DNA of 64,000 nucleotides from a bacterium (GCA_030646995.1 JAUSKF010000001.1:5700-69699); one strand, 5' to 3'. Counted from the first letter of the stretch, positions 1 through 9,477 are shown. The notes: generated from the sequence alone by a model not told the origin. Numbers and translations are program-made.

Positions 1-836
1 TAAAATACCAATTGCGGTAAATGGGAGAGCAAATAGGCCGACAACGATAACTCGGGTATAAAAACACTTACATACGGCGAAGCCATCACCACGATCGGTG
101 CCGCTATCGCCAAACTGATTACTCCACCCAGAAATCCATAGATAACTCCGGCAACGATATACGGGCCATTAATAAATTTATTGGAAGCCCCCACCAGACG
201 CATAATCCCCAACTCTTCGCGATTGGAATAAATAGCTAAGCGAATTGTGTTGAAAGTAACCAGAATAGCCATCGCCGCCAAGAAAAAAGTGGCGGCAAAA
301 CCCGTGTTTTGCAGGGTATCTATAATCCTAGCTAAGCGATCAATGGCGGTACGATTCTCTCCGTAAGTCACCTTATCCACCACGCCGGCCAACTTTTCAG
401 ATTCCAAATATTCAGCAATAGTCGGATAATTACTGGCGCTCTTGGCTTTGATATTCAACGATGCGAGTAATGGATTTATTTGAAGCTCATTAAGCGCAGC
501 GGAAATCGTATCGTCGCCTTTATGCCTATCTTTAAATATCGTCAGCGCTTTATCCTGAGAAATATATTCCACCGATTTAACTTCAGTGAGAGATTCTAGG
601 GCCCTCTGCAAAGACAACATCGAGTCCTCGTTAGCCGAAGCAGTAAAATAAACGCTGATGTCTATTTTGTCCTGCAGGGAAGCAATCGCGGAATTAGAGA
701 TAATTCCAAAAGTTATCAAACCATTGAATACCAGCAAGGCCAACACCAGAATTGCCACCGTGGTAGCCGAAAGAAGCCCATTGCGGGAAAAATTCTGCAG
801 ACCGAATTTTATTATCCTGAAAAAAGTTGTAGCCAT
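1..836 (-). CDS. ftsX: Cell division permease FtsX (C-terminus beyond the window edge)
   Basis: Minus-strand ORF translated by hand from the ATG at 836-834, which overlaps the ftsE stop. It encodes a membrane protein with FtsX-like topology and runs past the start of the window. It is not in the ORF track because it is open at the edge. Confidence 0.7.
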   Translation of the reverse strand, partial: MATTFFRIIKFGLQNFSRNGLLSATTVAILVLALLVFNGLITFGIISNSAIASLQDKIDISVYFTASANEDSMLSLQRALESLTEVKSVEYISQDKALTIFKDRHKGDDTISAALNELQINPLLASLNIKAKSASNYPTIAEYLESEKLAGVVDKVTYGENRTAIDRLARIIDTLQNTGFAATFFLAAMAILVTFNTIRLAIYSNREELGIMRLVGASNKFINGPYIVAGVIYGFLGGVISLAIAAPIVVMASPYVSVFIPELSLSAYLLSHLPQLVF

Positions 837-1513
837 TACAAAATATAATTACCGTGCGGGTCGTCTTTTATAATTTTACCATTATCCAGCGTGAGCACCC
901 GTCTTTTAACTTTGTTGATGATATCGCGGCTGTGGGTGGCCAAAATCAGGGTCGTACCCAACTCGTTAATTTTCATAAGTAAGTTGACGATCTCTTCGGC
1001 ATTGCCGTGATCTAAATTGCCCGTCGGCTCGTCGGCAATAATGACCGACGGATTATGAATCATGGCTCGGGCAATCGCGACTCGTTGCTTCATCCCGCCG
1101 GAAAGTTCGTGCGGAAAATGATCCTGCTTGTCGGCTAGGCCAACCAAATCCAACATTTGAGGAACTAATTCATCAATTTCCGCCTGGTCACGCCCTTCAA
1201 CCTCTAGAGCAAAGGCCACATTTTCCCCGGCAGTTTTTGTAGGCAAAAGTTTAAAATCCTGAAAAACAATCCCCACTTTACGGCGTAACGGCGGCAACTC
1301 ACTTGGCTTGAGCTTATTTACCTCATAAGAACCAAAAATTACCCTGCCTTTTGCCGGCCTCTCCTCGCCGATGAGAAGCTTAATAATCGTGGACTTCCCG
1401 GCGCCGGATTTTCCTACAATAGAAACCAGCTCTCCGGGAGAAATTTTAAAGCTAATATCCTCCAAAACCTTTTGGTCGTTGTAGGACATAGAAACATTGT
1501 GAAATGCAATCAT
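836..1513 (-). CDS. ftsE: Cell division ATP-binding protein FtsE (ABC ATPase)
   Basis: Walker A GKSGAGKST, ABC signature LSGGMKQR, Walker B IIADEPT; 225 aa; positioned upstream of ftsX. Confidence 0.9.
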   Translation of the reverse strand: MIAFHNVSMSYNDQKVLEDISFKISPGELVSIVGKSGAGKSTIIKLLIGEERPAKGRVIFGSYEVNKLKPSELPPLRRKVGIVFQDFKLLPTKTAGENVAFALEVEGRDQAEIDELVPQMLDLVGLADKQDHFPHELSGGMKQRVAIARAMIHNPSVIIADEPTGNLDHGNAEEIVNLLMKINELGTTLILATHSRDIINKVKRRVLTLDNGKIIKDDPHGNYIL

Positions 1514-1517
1514 GTGT

Positions 1518-2270
1518 CTACTTCAATTCTAACTCGGCTTCGATAAATTTATCCAGGTCGCCTTCCAGCACTTTATCAGGTTGATGAGATTCAACATCTG
1601 TGCGATGATCTTTTACTTTTTTATAAGGATTGAGAACATATGAGCGAATCTGACTCCCCCACTCCGGTTTCACTTTTACGCGTAAATCCGAAAGTTTTTG
1701 CATCTGCTGGGACACCATTAACGCCATCAATTTAGATTTTAAAAGCGCCATCGCCTTCTCTTTATTTTGCAGCTGGGAGCGTTCCTGCTGGGAGCCGGCA
1801 CTCAAGCCTGTAGGCAAATGAACAATGCGCACCGCAGTTTCTCTTTTATTGACATTCTGCCCACCCGGGCCACTGGAACGCGAAAATTCTACTTTCAAAT
1901 CTTCCGGAGGAATTGTTAAATTTTTATGCTCCAAATCGGGAAAAATCGGCACAATTTCCACTAAAGCGAAAGAGGTGTGGCGTAGTTGCTTTGAAGAAAA
2001 CGGCGAAATGCGCACCAAGCGATGCACGCCCATTTCATTCTTTAAAGTTCCATAAACAAAATCTCCTTTGATTTCAATCGCGTTATCGTCGGTAACAGAA
2101 ACTCTCCACCCGCGCTTGACGGCATATTTGATGTACATTTTCATCAACATATTCGCCCAATCTTTCGCGTCTTCGCCACCCACTCCGGCATGAACGGTTA
2201 GATGTAATGGGCCTTGGTCATATTTTCCCGTTAGAGGTTTAAAAGACATAATATTTACTAATTGAAACAC
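1518..2270 (-). CDS. prfB: Peptide chain release factor 2 homolog, N-terminally truncated (250 aa)
   Basis: SPF tripeptide and GGQ motif (SGPGGQNVNK) are present. GGQ sits at residue about 136 rather than about 250, so domain 1 is absent. Only 57 nt separate this ORF from the next one. Confidence 0.7.
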   Translation of the reverse strand: MFQLVNIMSFKPLTGKYDQGPLHLTVHAGVGGEDAKDWANMLMKMYIKYAVKRGWRVSVTDDNAIEIKGDFVYGTLKNEMGVHRLVRISPFSSKQLRHTSFALVEIVPIFPDLEHKNLTIPPEDLKVEFSRSSGPGGQNVNKRETAVRIVHLPTGLSAGSQQERSQLQNKEKAMALLKSKLMALMVSQQMQKLSDLRVKVKPEWGSQIRSYVLNPYKKVKDHRTDVESHQPDKVLEGDLDKFIEAELELK

Positions 2271-2326
2271 AAATTTTGCGGCACATAAAGACGGGCTAGC
2301 TAAAAAAACAGCTCCATACTGGTCTG

Positions 2327-2599
2327 TTATTCGATGCCTAACTTCTCCAATGTTTTTTTCAATGCTAACCTCATCTGCTTTCTACCAAATCCGCTTTTAA
2401 GAAACTTTTCTCTCGCCTCGGCATCTGCTTTTTCTACAAAGTATTCGTAATGAATAAGTTTAAATGGCCGCCGATTCTTTGTGGATTGAACCTCGCCCCG
2501 AGCGTGTTGCTGTAATCTTTGTTTTAGATTCGTAGTGAAGCCGGTATAAAATTTCTTATCCAACAAAGATAGCAATGTATATACGTAATAACGTTCCAT
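2327..2599 (-). CDS. GIY-YIG nuclease family protein
   Basis: 90 aa; N-terminal YVYTLLS...KFYTGFT pattern matches the GIY-YIG motif. Confidence 0.65.
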   Translation of the reverse strand: MERYYVYTLLSLLDKKFYTGFTTNLKQRLQQHARGEVQSTKNRRPFKLIHYEYFVEKADAEAREKFLKSGFGRKQMRLALKKTLEKLGIE

Positions 2600-2697
2600 G
2601 GTTGTACGAAGTCAAACTTCGTTTTGATTATATTTCTATAGATAAAGGCCAAGTCTGACTTGGCACTCGTCTGTCTCGCAAGCGAGTCAGACTCGTG

Positions 2698-2768
2698 AGC
2701 CGAAGGTGAGAATCGAACTCACGTCTCTACTTTACGAAAGTAGTGTTCTGCCACTGAACTAATTCGGC
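2698..2768 (-). tRNA. tRNA-Thr (anticodon CGU)
   Basis: Hand-folded cloverleaf: acceptor GCCGAA/UUCGGC, D-stem GUUC/GAAC, anticodon stem CUACU/AGUAG with loop UUCGUAA, T-stem GUGAG/CUCAC with loop UUCGAUU. Confidence 0.75.
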
Positions 2769-2895
2769 ATCCCGCTTATTTTAACAGATTTTGGCTTGTT
2801 TTTCAATCGCACTCAAGGTGGGTTCAAACCACTAACGCAATTAAACTCAACAAAGCTGGGTAATAAAAATCCCTTTCAAACAGGACTGCTTATGC

Positions 2896-3540
2896 TTATT
2901 CTTTGTCGGTAAATACGACTAGCCGAGCAGAATAACTTTTCTGGTCCTTATTCCAGTCTCCTTCGCAAGTAATTAAATTAAGATGCGCCTTCCCGTCACT
3001 TGAGTTAAATACACCAGAAGCGTCCGCCTTCGGATCGTATCTTCGGCTTTCACGCACCACAAAAGTAATAATCTCCCCTTTGTCGTCTTCTATGTATAAT
3101 TTATCTCCTTTACGCAATTTATATAACTTATCAAACACCGATGCCTTCCCATTCTTCCATCCATAGTGTCCAGCTAGAACAGCGCTACCAATATCTCCAG
3201 GACGTGGCCCTAAATTAAACCAGCCTGCGTTAGCGAGTTCCTTTGGCACATCCATAGCTCCGTCAGGTGTAACGCCTACGTGCTCAACAAAAGTATCAAT
3301 ATTGATCCTGGGAATCTTGAGGCGCATCGGCAACCCCGCCTGCTCTTGCTCCGAGACAGCGGCGGAATTTTCAATAAGTAATGCCGAGCCTCCCTGATTC
3401 TGCATACCAACCGGCAGGCCGGGGCTCTGTTGGAGAAAATAAAAAATAAGCGCCGGAGAAAGAACGAGCCCGGTAAGAATTCCCACTAAAATCGAACGTC
3501 CTGATAAAATTTCCGATTTCATATATTTCGAAGAATTCAT
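2896..3540 (-). CDS. Sortase family transpeptidase
   Basis: N-terminal TM anchor; catalytic His in VLAGHYGW; TLxTC-like motif NLITCEGDW carrying the catalytic Cys. Confidence 0.65.
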   Translation of the reverse strand: MNSSKYMKSEILSGRSILVGILTGLVLSPALIFYFLQQSPGLPVGMQNQGGSALLIENSAAVSEQEQAGLPMRLKIPRINIDTFVEHVGVTPDGAMDVPKELANAGWFNLGPRPGDIGSAVLAGHYGWKNGKASVFDKLYKLRKGDKLYIEDDKGEIITFVVRESRRYDPKADASGVFNSSDGKAHLNLITCEGDWNKDQKSYSARLVVFTDKE

Positions 3541-3619
3541 ACAGGAAATACCCCGCTAAGCCGGGGTATTTCCTGTATCTAAACCAAACACGTTTCGTTA
3601 ATCCCGAAAAGCACCCTTA

Positions 3620-4681
3620 CTAAATCGCGCGTTTTTTAAGAACTACGACAAGTGATGTCGAAACTAACATTAAGGCTCCCATCAGCATAAAAGTATTCCA
3701 AAGGGCGTCACTCTCTTCAGGGGGAATTCCGGCATTCGGAAGGCTAGGTGTCGGAACTGGAGCTACTACAGGGGCTGGAGCCGGAGCCACCACAGGGGCT
3801 ACCACTGGAGTTGGCGCGGGTGTCGGTGCGGGAGTTGGCGTTGGGGTTGGGGTCGGAGCAGGTGTTGGTGTCGGAGCTGGGGTTGGGGTCGGAGCAGGTG
3901 TCGGAGTTGGGGCCGGGGCTGGCGCTGGGGCAACCGGAACCGAAACAGTATTACCATCCATTGTAACTTGGGTTTGTGCTAACGCCCTACCATTCAATAC
4001 TGCGCCAGTTTGCATAATGACCTGCTTTGCGCTCAATATAGTTCCCTTGAATGTAGAAGTCGTTCCCAGAGTTGCACCAGTAGGACCGCCAACCTGCCAG
4101 AAGACATTCGAAGCTAGGGCACCGCCGGCGAGGACTACCTGCTGAGCAGAGGCGATGGTGAGATCACCGGAGATTTGGAATATCCAAACATCACTCGCGC
4201 TACCGGAAAGAGTAACGTTAGTCGGAATCGTAACATTGGTGCTCCATTTATAGAGTCCTGGGGCGATGGTTAAGCCACCGATATTCCCAGCGCCTAATTC
4301 AGTCGCGGTTGGACCAGTTCTTCCGGCGGCGTTGGTATATGCGGCTTCCATATCACTCACAGCCGTAGTCAAAGAAGTCGGACTGACTACTCTGCACGCA
4401 GGGCCAGCGGCATCAACTGTGTAAATAGTCCCGGTCACTTCCGGGCAGCCTAATCCGGTGATAGATGCGCCAGTAATTGGGCTGGTTCCCAAATTTCCGG
4501 TAATGGCAGATGTGGGGATATTAGTAATCCCTGTTTTTGACAGAATCACGAAATTTCCCGCCGTCAAAAGATCGACTGGCGCAGGGCCTGCCGCAGACGC
4601 CATAAACAATCCAGTAAGACCAAGCAGAGAAGAAACTACTGATGCGGCTATGATTGAACTTTTAGTAAACTTTTGGGTCAT
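3620..4681 (-). CDS. Cell-surface protein with an ice-binding-like DUF3494 domain, a Pro/Thr/Ala-rich linker and a C-terminal LPNAG sorting signal
   Basis: [36 protein letters not shown] matches the DUF3494/IBP N-terminal consensus. A long APAPTPTP linker follows. The C-terminus reads LPNAG, then a hydrophobic stretch, then KKRAI. Confidence 0.6.
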   Translation of the reverse strand: MTQKFTKSSIIAASVVSSLLGLTGLFMASAAGPAPVDLLTAGNFVILSKTGITNIPTSAITGNLGTSPITGASITGLGCPEVTGTIYTVDAAGPACRVVSPTSLTTAVSDMEAAYTNAAGRTGPTATELGAGNIGGLTIAPGLYKWSTNVTIPTNVTLSGSASDVWIFQISGDLTIASAQQVVLAGGALASNVFWQVGGPTGATLGTTSTFKGTILSAKQVIMQTGAVLNGRALAQTQVTMDGNTVSVPVAPAPAPAPTPTPAPTPTPAPTPTPAPTPTPTPTPAPTPAPTPVVAPVVAPAPAPVVAPVPTPSLPNAGIPPEESDALWNTFMLMGALMLVSTSLVVVLKKRAI

Positions 4682-4882
4682 GTATTATATTTTTTATGTT
4701 AAGGTTTTTAATTTATTATCTCGTTTGAAAATCAGATATTATATTACTCTATTTACTTTTCCTTGAACTAGTTTAACTAGCTCGACCATAAGAAGTAGTA
4801 AATCAGCCTAATCTCTTCCTTATAGTTTACCCCCCCCCATCGACAAATTACTAATGTAGTCCCCTGTGCATAAGTCTAATCT

Positions 4883-4956
4883 TGGAGCGAGGTACGGGAA
4901 TCGAACCCGCATTTTATCCTTGGGAAGGATATGTACTGCCACTGTACTAACCTCGC
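4883..4956 (-). tRNA. tRNA-Gly (anticodon CCC), CCA encoded
   Basis: Acceptor GCGAGGU/ACCUCGC, anticodon stem UAUCC/GGAUA with loop UUCCCAA, T-loop UUCGAUU, terminal CCA. Confidence 0.75.
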
Positions 4957-4957
4957 G

Positions 4958-5536
4958 CTAATCCCGCAATTTCACGCCCATATCCTGCCAATAAAATTCC
5001 GGCGTAACGATAAAGACTTTAGCGTTTTTCTTAGCTTCCTGCAACCACTTTTCATAATCTTTTTTCTCTAAAAATAACCGTCCCTGCAAAATTTCTTTCT
5101 GCGCTTGAGGCACCAAAACCAAAGATTTGAAATCGGCCAGGCTTAAACCGTAAAGCATTTTGGCAGTTTCCTCAATAGTTTTCAGGTCAATCTTCTGCGC
5201 GGTCATAATTTTATTTTCTACAATTTCCGGAAGATCTTTCCCAACCCGAAACACCAAGTCATTTTTAATTAACGACTGGTCAACCAAGTCTTCTAAGACT
5301 GCCCTCCGTAACTCTCTTTTGAAACCTCGGCTTCGCGGATCAGAGTCTTTATTACTCCCCAATGCCCGCAAATAATAATGATAAGCGACCGCATACTCCG
5401 TCTCAAACCGGTTAGCGGTTACTAATGAGCTATTCACAATAGCCACCGGATAGTAACCAAAATGCACCATGTAATAGGCGCCTAAGCCTACGAAGAGAAT
5501 TAACAAAAAAGTTGTGAAATATTTCTCTAGGCTCAT
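4958..5536 (-). CDS. Hypothetical membrane-anchored protein
   Basis: 192 aa; single N-terminal TM then a charged soluble domain; no catalytic motif recognised. Confidence 0.35.
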   Translation of the reverse strand: MSLEKYFTTFLLILFVGLGAYYMVHFGYYPVAIVNSSLVTANRFETEYAVAYHYYLRALGSNKDSDPRSRGFKRELRRAVLEDLVDQSLIKNDLVFRVGKDLPEIVENKIMTAQKIDLKTIEETAKMLYGLSLADFKSLVLVPQAQKEILQGRLFLEKKDYEKWLQEAKKNAKVFIVTPEFYWQDMGVKLRD

Positions 5537-5793
5537 TATTGGATTTTTATCAGCTTTTCGCCCGGCTTCTTATAATCAAACTTCGCCCGTAGTTCTTTAG
5601 CTAGATTCTCCGGTTCCGAAAAGTATTCCAAATCAGCTTTTAGCTGCATACTCTCTCTGCCTAGCCTGTCCGATTCAGCGACCGCCTCCTCCAACTTTAA
5701 GCTCAAAATAGAGTTTCCTTTGTAGAAATTAAAAAGCTGGATACTCAGAAAAACCGCTATTAATATTGAGGCTAAAAACACGCCTATCTTCAT
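5536..5793 (-). CDS. Septum formation initiator family protein (FtsB/DivIC-like)
   Basis: 85 aa; N-terminal TM followed by a short coiled coil (LKLEEAVAESDRL...LKADLEY), the typical FtsB/DivIC architecture. Confidence 0.45.
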   Translation of the reverse strand: MKIGVFLASILIAVFLSIQLFNFYKGNSILSLKLEEAVAESDRLGRESMQLKADLEYFSEPENLAKELRAKFDYKKPGEKLIKIQ

Positions 5794-5815
5794 CTGACTT
5801 CATTCTACCGCCGAG

Positions 5816-7585
5816 CTACTTTTTCAACAATTCCTTAAAAACGTTGGCGGAGATTTTAATTTGCGAGCTCTCCCCTCTTTCCTTCAGCCTCTCTTTGCCC
5901 CGATCCTGCTTTTTCCAAAGCTTCATTTTGCGGGTTATATCACCTCCGTTTTTTCCAAAATTTCCAAGATCCTTTTTAATTGCAGAAATAGTTTCGCGCG
6001 CGATAATCCGGCCGGCAGAAATCGCCTGCAAGGATTGAGAAAATTGCTGCTTAGGCAAAAGCTCTTTCAGTTTTTCCACTGTCGAGCGGGATTCTTTTTC
6101 CAAATCTTTCTTCGGTAAAATCCTTGTTAATCCCGGCACAACCCGCTCCGCCACGGCAATTTCCAATTTAGCCACTTCCGATTTTTCATAACCCGCCAAT
6201 TCATAATAAAAGGACGCAAAACCATGAGAAACTGACTTCAATTGATCATCTAAATCGCGAATTAAGTCAGACAGCGGCAAACTGGCGCGCACCAACATTT
6301 TATTCTTCAAAGTTTCGGTGGTGATATTGGTAATCCGATAGACCTCTTTTAGTTGCATAACTGCCCCCAAATACTGCGGCGGCGTGACTATCTCTATTTT
6401 AGTCATCGGCTCTTCGGCTGCGCCGTAATCATTGGGGAAATCTTTCGGATTAGTGATTAATCTTCCGTCCACCTTGTAGGCCACCGACGGAAAGCTGTGC
6501 ACGGTGGGAATTTTAAATTCTCTTTCCAGCCGCTCGGATGTAATTTCAAAATGGAGTTTGCCTAAAAATCCGCCCTTGAATCCTCTGCCTAAAAATTCGC
6601 TGGAGTCCGCCTCAAAAGTCAGGGCGGCATCGGTCAGCCTCAACTTTCCAAGTGCCTGCTTCAGTTCATCATATTTATCCCCTTCCTCCGGATAAAATGA
6701 CACGAAAACCACTGGCTTCGGCTCTGTATAGCCGACTAACGGAGAGGCATCGCCGCCAACTAAAGTATCACCAATCTTCAATTTCCCCGGATCCTTGATG
6801 CCGGTTGCGATATAGCCCGTCTCTCCTGTCTCTAAAATACCGGACGGCTTCATTTTTGGAGTGAAATATCCGATTTCTTTGGCTTTAGCAGTAGTATTGG
6901 TGGCGATTAGACGGATATCTTGATTGCCCTGAAAACTGCCGTCAAAAACCCGGATGAAAGCCACTACTCCTTTGTGCTCGTCGTATAGAGAATCAAAAAC
7001 CAAAGCCCGGCCGACCGGAATCTCTGATTTGCGCGGAGGAGGAACTAACCTGACCACGGCTTCCAAAAGTTGCTCTACTCCCTCGCCTGTCTTTCCGGAA
7101 ACCTTCAAAATTTCTTCGGCGCCAACGCCAATCAATTCCGCCAAATCTAAAATCGCATTCTGCACTTGCTCTTGCTCTGCCACGTCCACCTTATTTACCG
7201 CTCCGATAATTTTTAAATTCGCCCGCTTCGCATTCTCATAATTTGCCAGAGTTTGCGCCTGAATCCCCTGTGTTGCGTCAACCAATAGCACCGCTCCCTC
7301 TACTGCAGTCAGAGCACGGGAAACTTCATAGGCAAAATCGGAATGACCGGGAGTGTCGATTAAATTCAAAACATACTGCTTTCCGTCTAATAGATAATTC
7401 ATCCGAACCGGAGCCATTTTAATCGTAATACCACGCTCGCGCTCCAAGTCCATGGAATCCAAATACTGCGCCTGCATCAGCCTTTTTGCTACCGTTCCGG
7501 TCACCTCCAAAAGCCGGTCAGCTAAGGTAGATTTGCCGTGGTCGATGTGAGCGGTAATCACGAAATTTCGGATGTTTTCAGTCAT
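5816..7585 (-). CDS. lepA: Elongation factor 4 (LepA)
   Basis: G-domain motifs AHIDHGKST, DTPGH, NKVD; 589 aa; LepA-type C-terminal domain. Confidence 0.9.
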   Translation of the reverse strand: MTENIRNFVITAHIDHGKSTLADRLLEVTGTVAKRLMQAQYLDSMDLERERGITIKMAPVRMNYLLDGKQYVLNLIDTPGHSDFAYEVSRALTAVEGAVLLVDATQGIQAQTLANYENAKRANLKIIGAVNKVDVAEQEQVQNAILDLAELIGVGAEEILKVSGKTGEGVEQLLEAVVRLVPPPRKSEIPVGRALVFDSLYDEHKGVVAFIRVFDGSFQGNQDIRLIATNTTAKAKEIGYFTPKMKPSGILETGETGYIATGIKDPGKLKIGDTLVGGDASPLVGYTEPKPVVFVSFYPEEGDKYDELKQALGKLRLTDAALTFEADSSEFLGRGFKGGFLGKLHFEITSERLEREFKIPTVHSFPSVAYKVDGRLITNPKDFPNDYGAAEEPMTKIEIVTPPQYLGAVMQLKEVYRITNITTETLKNKMLVRASLPLSDLIRDLDDQLKSVSHGFASFYYELAGYEKSEVAKLEIAVAERVVPGLTRILPKKDLEKESRSTVEKLKELLPKQQFSQSLQAISAGRIIARETISAIKKDLGNFGKNGGDITRKMKLWKKQDRGKERLKERGESSQIKISANVFKELLKK

Positions 7586-7788
7586 TTATAAGTACCCGTA
7601 TAGTATAACTATTTAGCCTAAAACCAAAATCCCGCCATCAGATCCCCGGTTTAAGTATTTAAGTGGGCTGGCTCATCCGTTCTGCCACGGCAGAGGGAAA
7701 TTTGCCTCACCCTTTGTAAACTATTTGATCCGGAATCTAATTGCGGGATACCTTTAGTATACCACACTTTATAAAGCGAACGAAGGTT

Positions 7789-7966
7789 CTACTTCAAGGT
7801 AAATCGTGGGAAATAACCTTTAAGGAACATCTCGGAGGCGGTTGGGCTTGGTTCGTTCGTTATTATTCTACGAACGAACAACCGCCGAGAGAGAAGAAGA
7901 CTTTTCCGCAGGAGAAAAGTCATTCTGTTTCCGAAAAGGTTGCTTCCCGAGATCCTTGAAGTAGAT
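7789..7966 (+). ncRNA. Candidate structured RNA (class unknown) in a 440 nt ORF-free gap
   Basis: Closing helix CTACTTCAAGG(7789)/CCTTGAAGTAG(7956) plus TCTCGG/CCGAGA. Internal about 20 bp hairpin GGCGGTTGGGCTTGGTTCGTTCGT...ACGAACGAACAACCGCC. Second hairpin GACTTTTCCGCAGGAGAAAAGTC. No ORF of 60 aa or more. Confidence 0.3.
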
Positions 7967-8028
7967 AGGCCGAGTGAGCCCTTGACGGGTGCATAACCCG
8001 ACCATACAATATCTTCAGCTCTTCGAGG

Positions 8029-8406
8029 ATGCAACCAATGGACGATGGTATTCCCGCAAATACGAACCCGTTTTTGGTGCTAATAAGCTGGAACTGGGGA
8101 GATGGGGACCCGGAATTTCACAAAATCGTGCCTGAATATTTCGGTTATGATGACGAGGCAACCATGCCTATGGCCAAAGAAGTAATCAAGCCACCCATTA
8201 CTCAAACTGAAGCCGAGGCGCTAGTGCGCAAGGTTGCCGGGAAAAATCAGGCCCTCCCGCTCGCTGTTCATGAAAAGTTCGGCCACATCATTCCATGTGA
8301 CCTCCGAAAAATCGTGCGGGTTGCGAGACCCTTCTCTAATAGCCACAGCAAAAAAGGATTCTACATTCCCCTCTGCACCGACGACGAATCTTATTACTTA
8401 AAATAA
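8029..8406 (+). CDS. Hypothetical protein
   Basis: 125 aa ORF with GAGGA RBS 8 nt upstream, followed by an intrinsic terminator. Confidence 0.45.
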   Translation: MQPMDDGIPANTNPFLVLISWNWGDGDPEFHKIVPEYFGYDDEATMPMAKEVIKPPITQTEAEALVRKVAGKNQALPLAVHEKFGHIIPCDLRKIVRVARPFSNSHSKKGFYIPLCTDDESYYLK

Positions 8407-8408
8407 AA

Positions 8409-8432
8409 CTGCCTCAAGAGGCAGTTTTTTGT
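8409..8432 (+). terminator. Rho-independent terminator
   Basis: CTGCCTCAAGAGGCAG hairpin followed by TTTTTTGTT. Confidence 0.6.
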
Positions 8433-8469
8433 TATAATCTATTCAGCAAATTAAAAAACGGAGAGTCAA

Positions 8470-8847
8470 ATGCCCCGACCGGCCTCGAAGTATGATGAGC
8501 TTTACGCAAAATACCCATTCCTCTCGGAAGTTGCGGTGTTTCAATGTGATGAAGGATGGTTTGGCCTTTTGAGCGCTCTCTGCGAAAAGCTGGCAAATTT
8601 ACAGCTCGGGCCGGACTTCAAAATCTCCCAAGTAAAAGAAAAACTCCGTGGATTGAGATTCTATCCGTTAGACAGCACGATTTCGGAAGAAAAAAAGGAT
8701 GATGTATACGCCCTGATTGGTGACGCTGTAGAAAAAAGTTTTCTGATTTGCGAACGATGCGGCCAATCCGGACATGGAGTCAGCCTCAACCGAGGCTACC
8801 TCATCAAAACCCTCTGCGAAAAGTGTGAGAAAGAAGCCGATAAATAA
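8470..8847 (+). CDS. Hypothetical Cys-rich (CxxC...CxxC) protein
   Basis: 125 aa; GGAGAG RBS; C-terminal CERCGQ...CEKCEK zinc-ribbon-like pairs. Confidence 0.45.
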   Translation: MPRPASKYDELYAKYPFLSEVAVFQCDEGWFGLLSALCEKLANLQLGPDFKISQVKEKLRGLRFYPLDSTISEEKKDDVYALIGDAVEKSFLICERCGQSGHGVSLNRGYLIKTLCEKCEKEADK

Positions 8848-8852
8848 CAAAA

Positions 8853-8876
8853 CCGCCCCGAAGGGCGGATTTTATT
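8853..8876. terminator. Bidirectional intrinsic terminator shared by the convergent genes
   Basis: CCGCCCCGAAGGGCGG hairpin flanked by A-run and T-run. Confidence 0.6.
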
Positions 8877-9477
8877 ACTCTAGGATCCCGTCTAAATTCA
8901 CGTCGTAGATAATCGCCTCTTGAATCAAGCGATAGTTAACCAATTCATCTTTTTTGAACCACAGTTCAATCTCTTTCTCAGCATCGGAAGTGCTTCCGGA
9001 AGCGTGCACCAAGTTGCGAACGGAGCGGCCGTCGGTATCAGAAAGAACATAGGAATCGATAGTAAAATCTCCGCGGATGGTTCCAACGTCAGAAGTCAGC
9101 GGTTCAGTGCCACCGATCAATTTTCTTACAATACCAACGGAATGCACGCCCTCCCAAACCATCGCAATCACCGGACCGGAGGACATATACCTTTTCAGAT
9201 TGCCTAAAATGACCTCGGTAATTTTCAAAGGATCTTCGGAGGGCGGAGTCTTGCCCTGTTTTTTATAAGCCTCAATAGTTTTCTGGCCGGTAACCACGCG
9301 CCAATTCGGGTCAACGGTGTAATGCTTCTCTATCATTTCCGGGGTTGCGAGCGCCATTTTCAGCGCTACTAATTTCAAACCGGCTCGTTCAAACCGGCTG
9401 ATAATCTCCCCCATCAAGCTTCGCTGGATGCCATCCGGCTTGATTGCCACGAAAGTTCTTTCTTTTTTGAGTTCCAT
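8875..9477 (-). CDS. ndk: Nucleoside diphosphate kinase (with an internal insertion)
   Basis: ERTFVAIKPDG N-terminus, NLVHASGS active-site His region; 200 aa, longer than the canonical roughly 140 aa. Confidence 0.8.
   Translation of the reverse strand: MELKKERTFVAIKPDGIQRSLMGEIISRFERAGLKLVALKMALATPEMIEKHYTVDPNWRVVTGQKTIEAYKKQGKTPPSEDPLKITEVILGNLKRYMSSGPVIAMVWEGVHSVGIVRKLIGGTEPLTSDVGTIRGDFTIDSYVLSDTDGRSVRNLVHASGSTSDAEKEIELWFKKDELVNYRLIQEAIIYDVNLDGILE

Noticed and set aside
3748-3966. 72 aa plus-strand ORF rich in Leu/Glu/Pro
   Set aside because: Antisense to the Pro/Thr/Ala linker of the DUF3494 surface protein.
7600-8030. RNase P RNA, tmRNA or SRP RNA
   Set aside because: The conserved cores (GGAAAGUCCGGGC / AGGGUGAAANGGUG of RNase P, the tRNA-like 3' end and tag ORF of tmRNA, GGUCCGGAAGGAAGCAGC of SRP) are not recognisable by eye on either strand. 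Kept only as an unclassified structured region.
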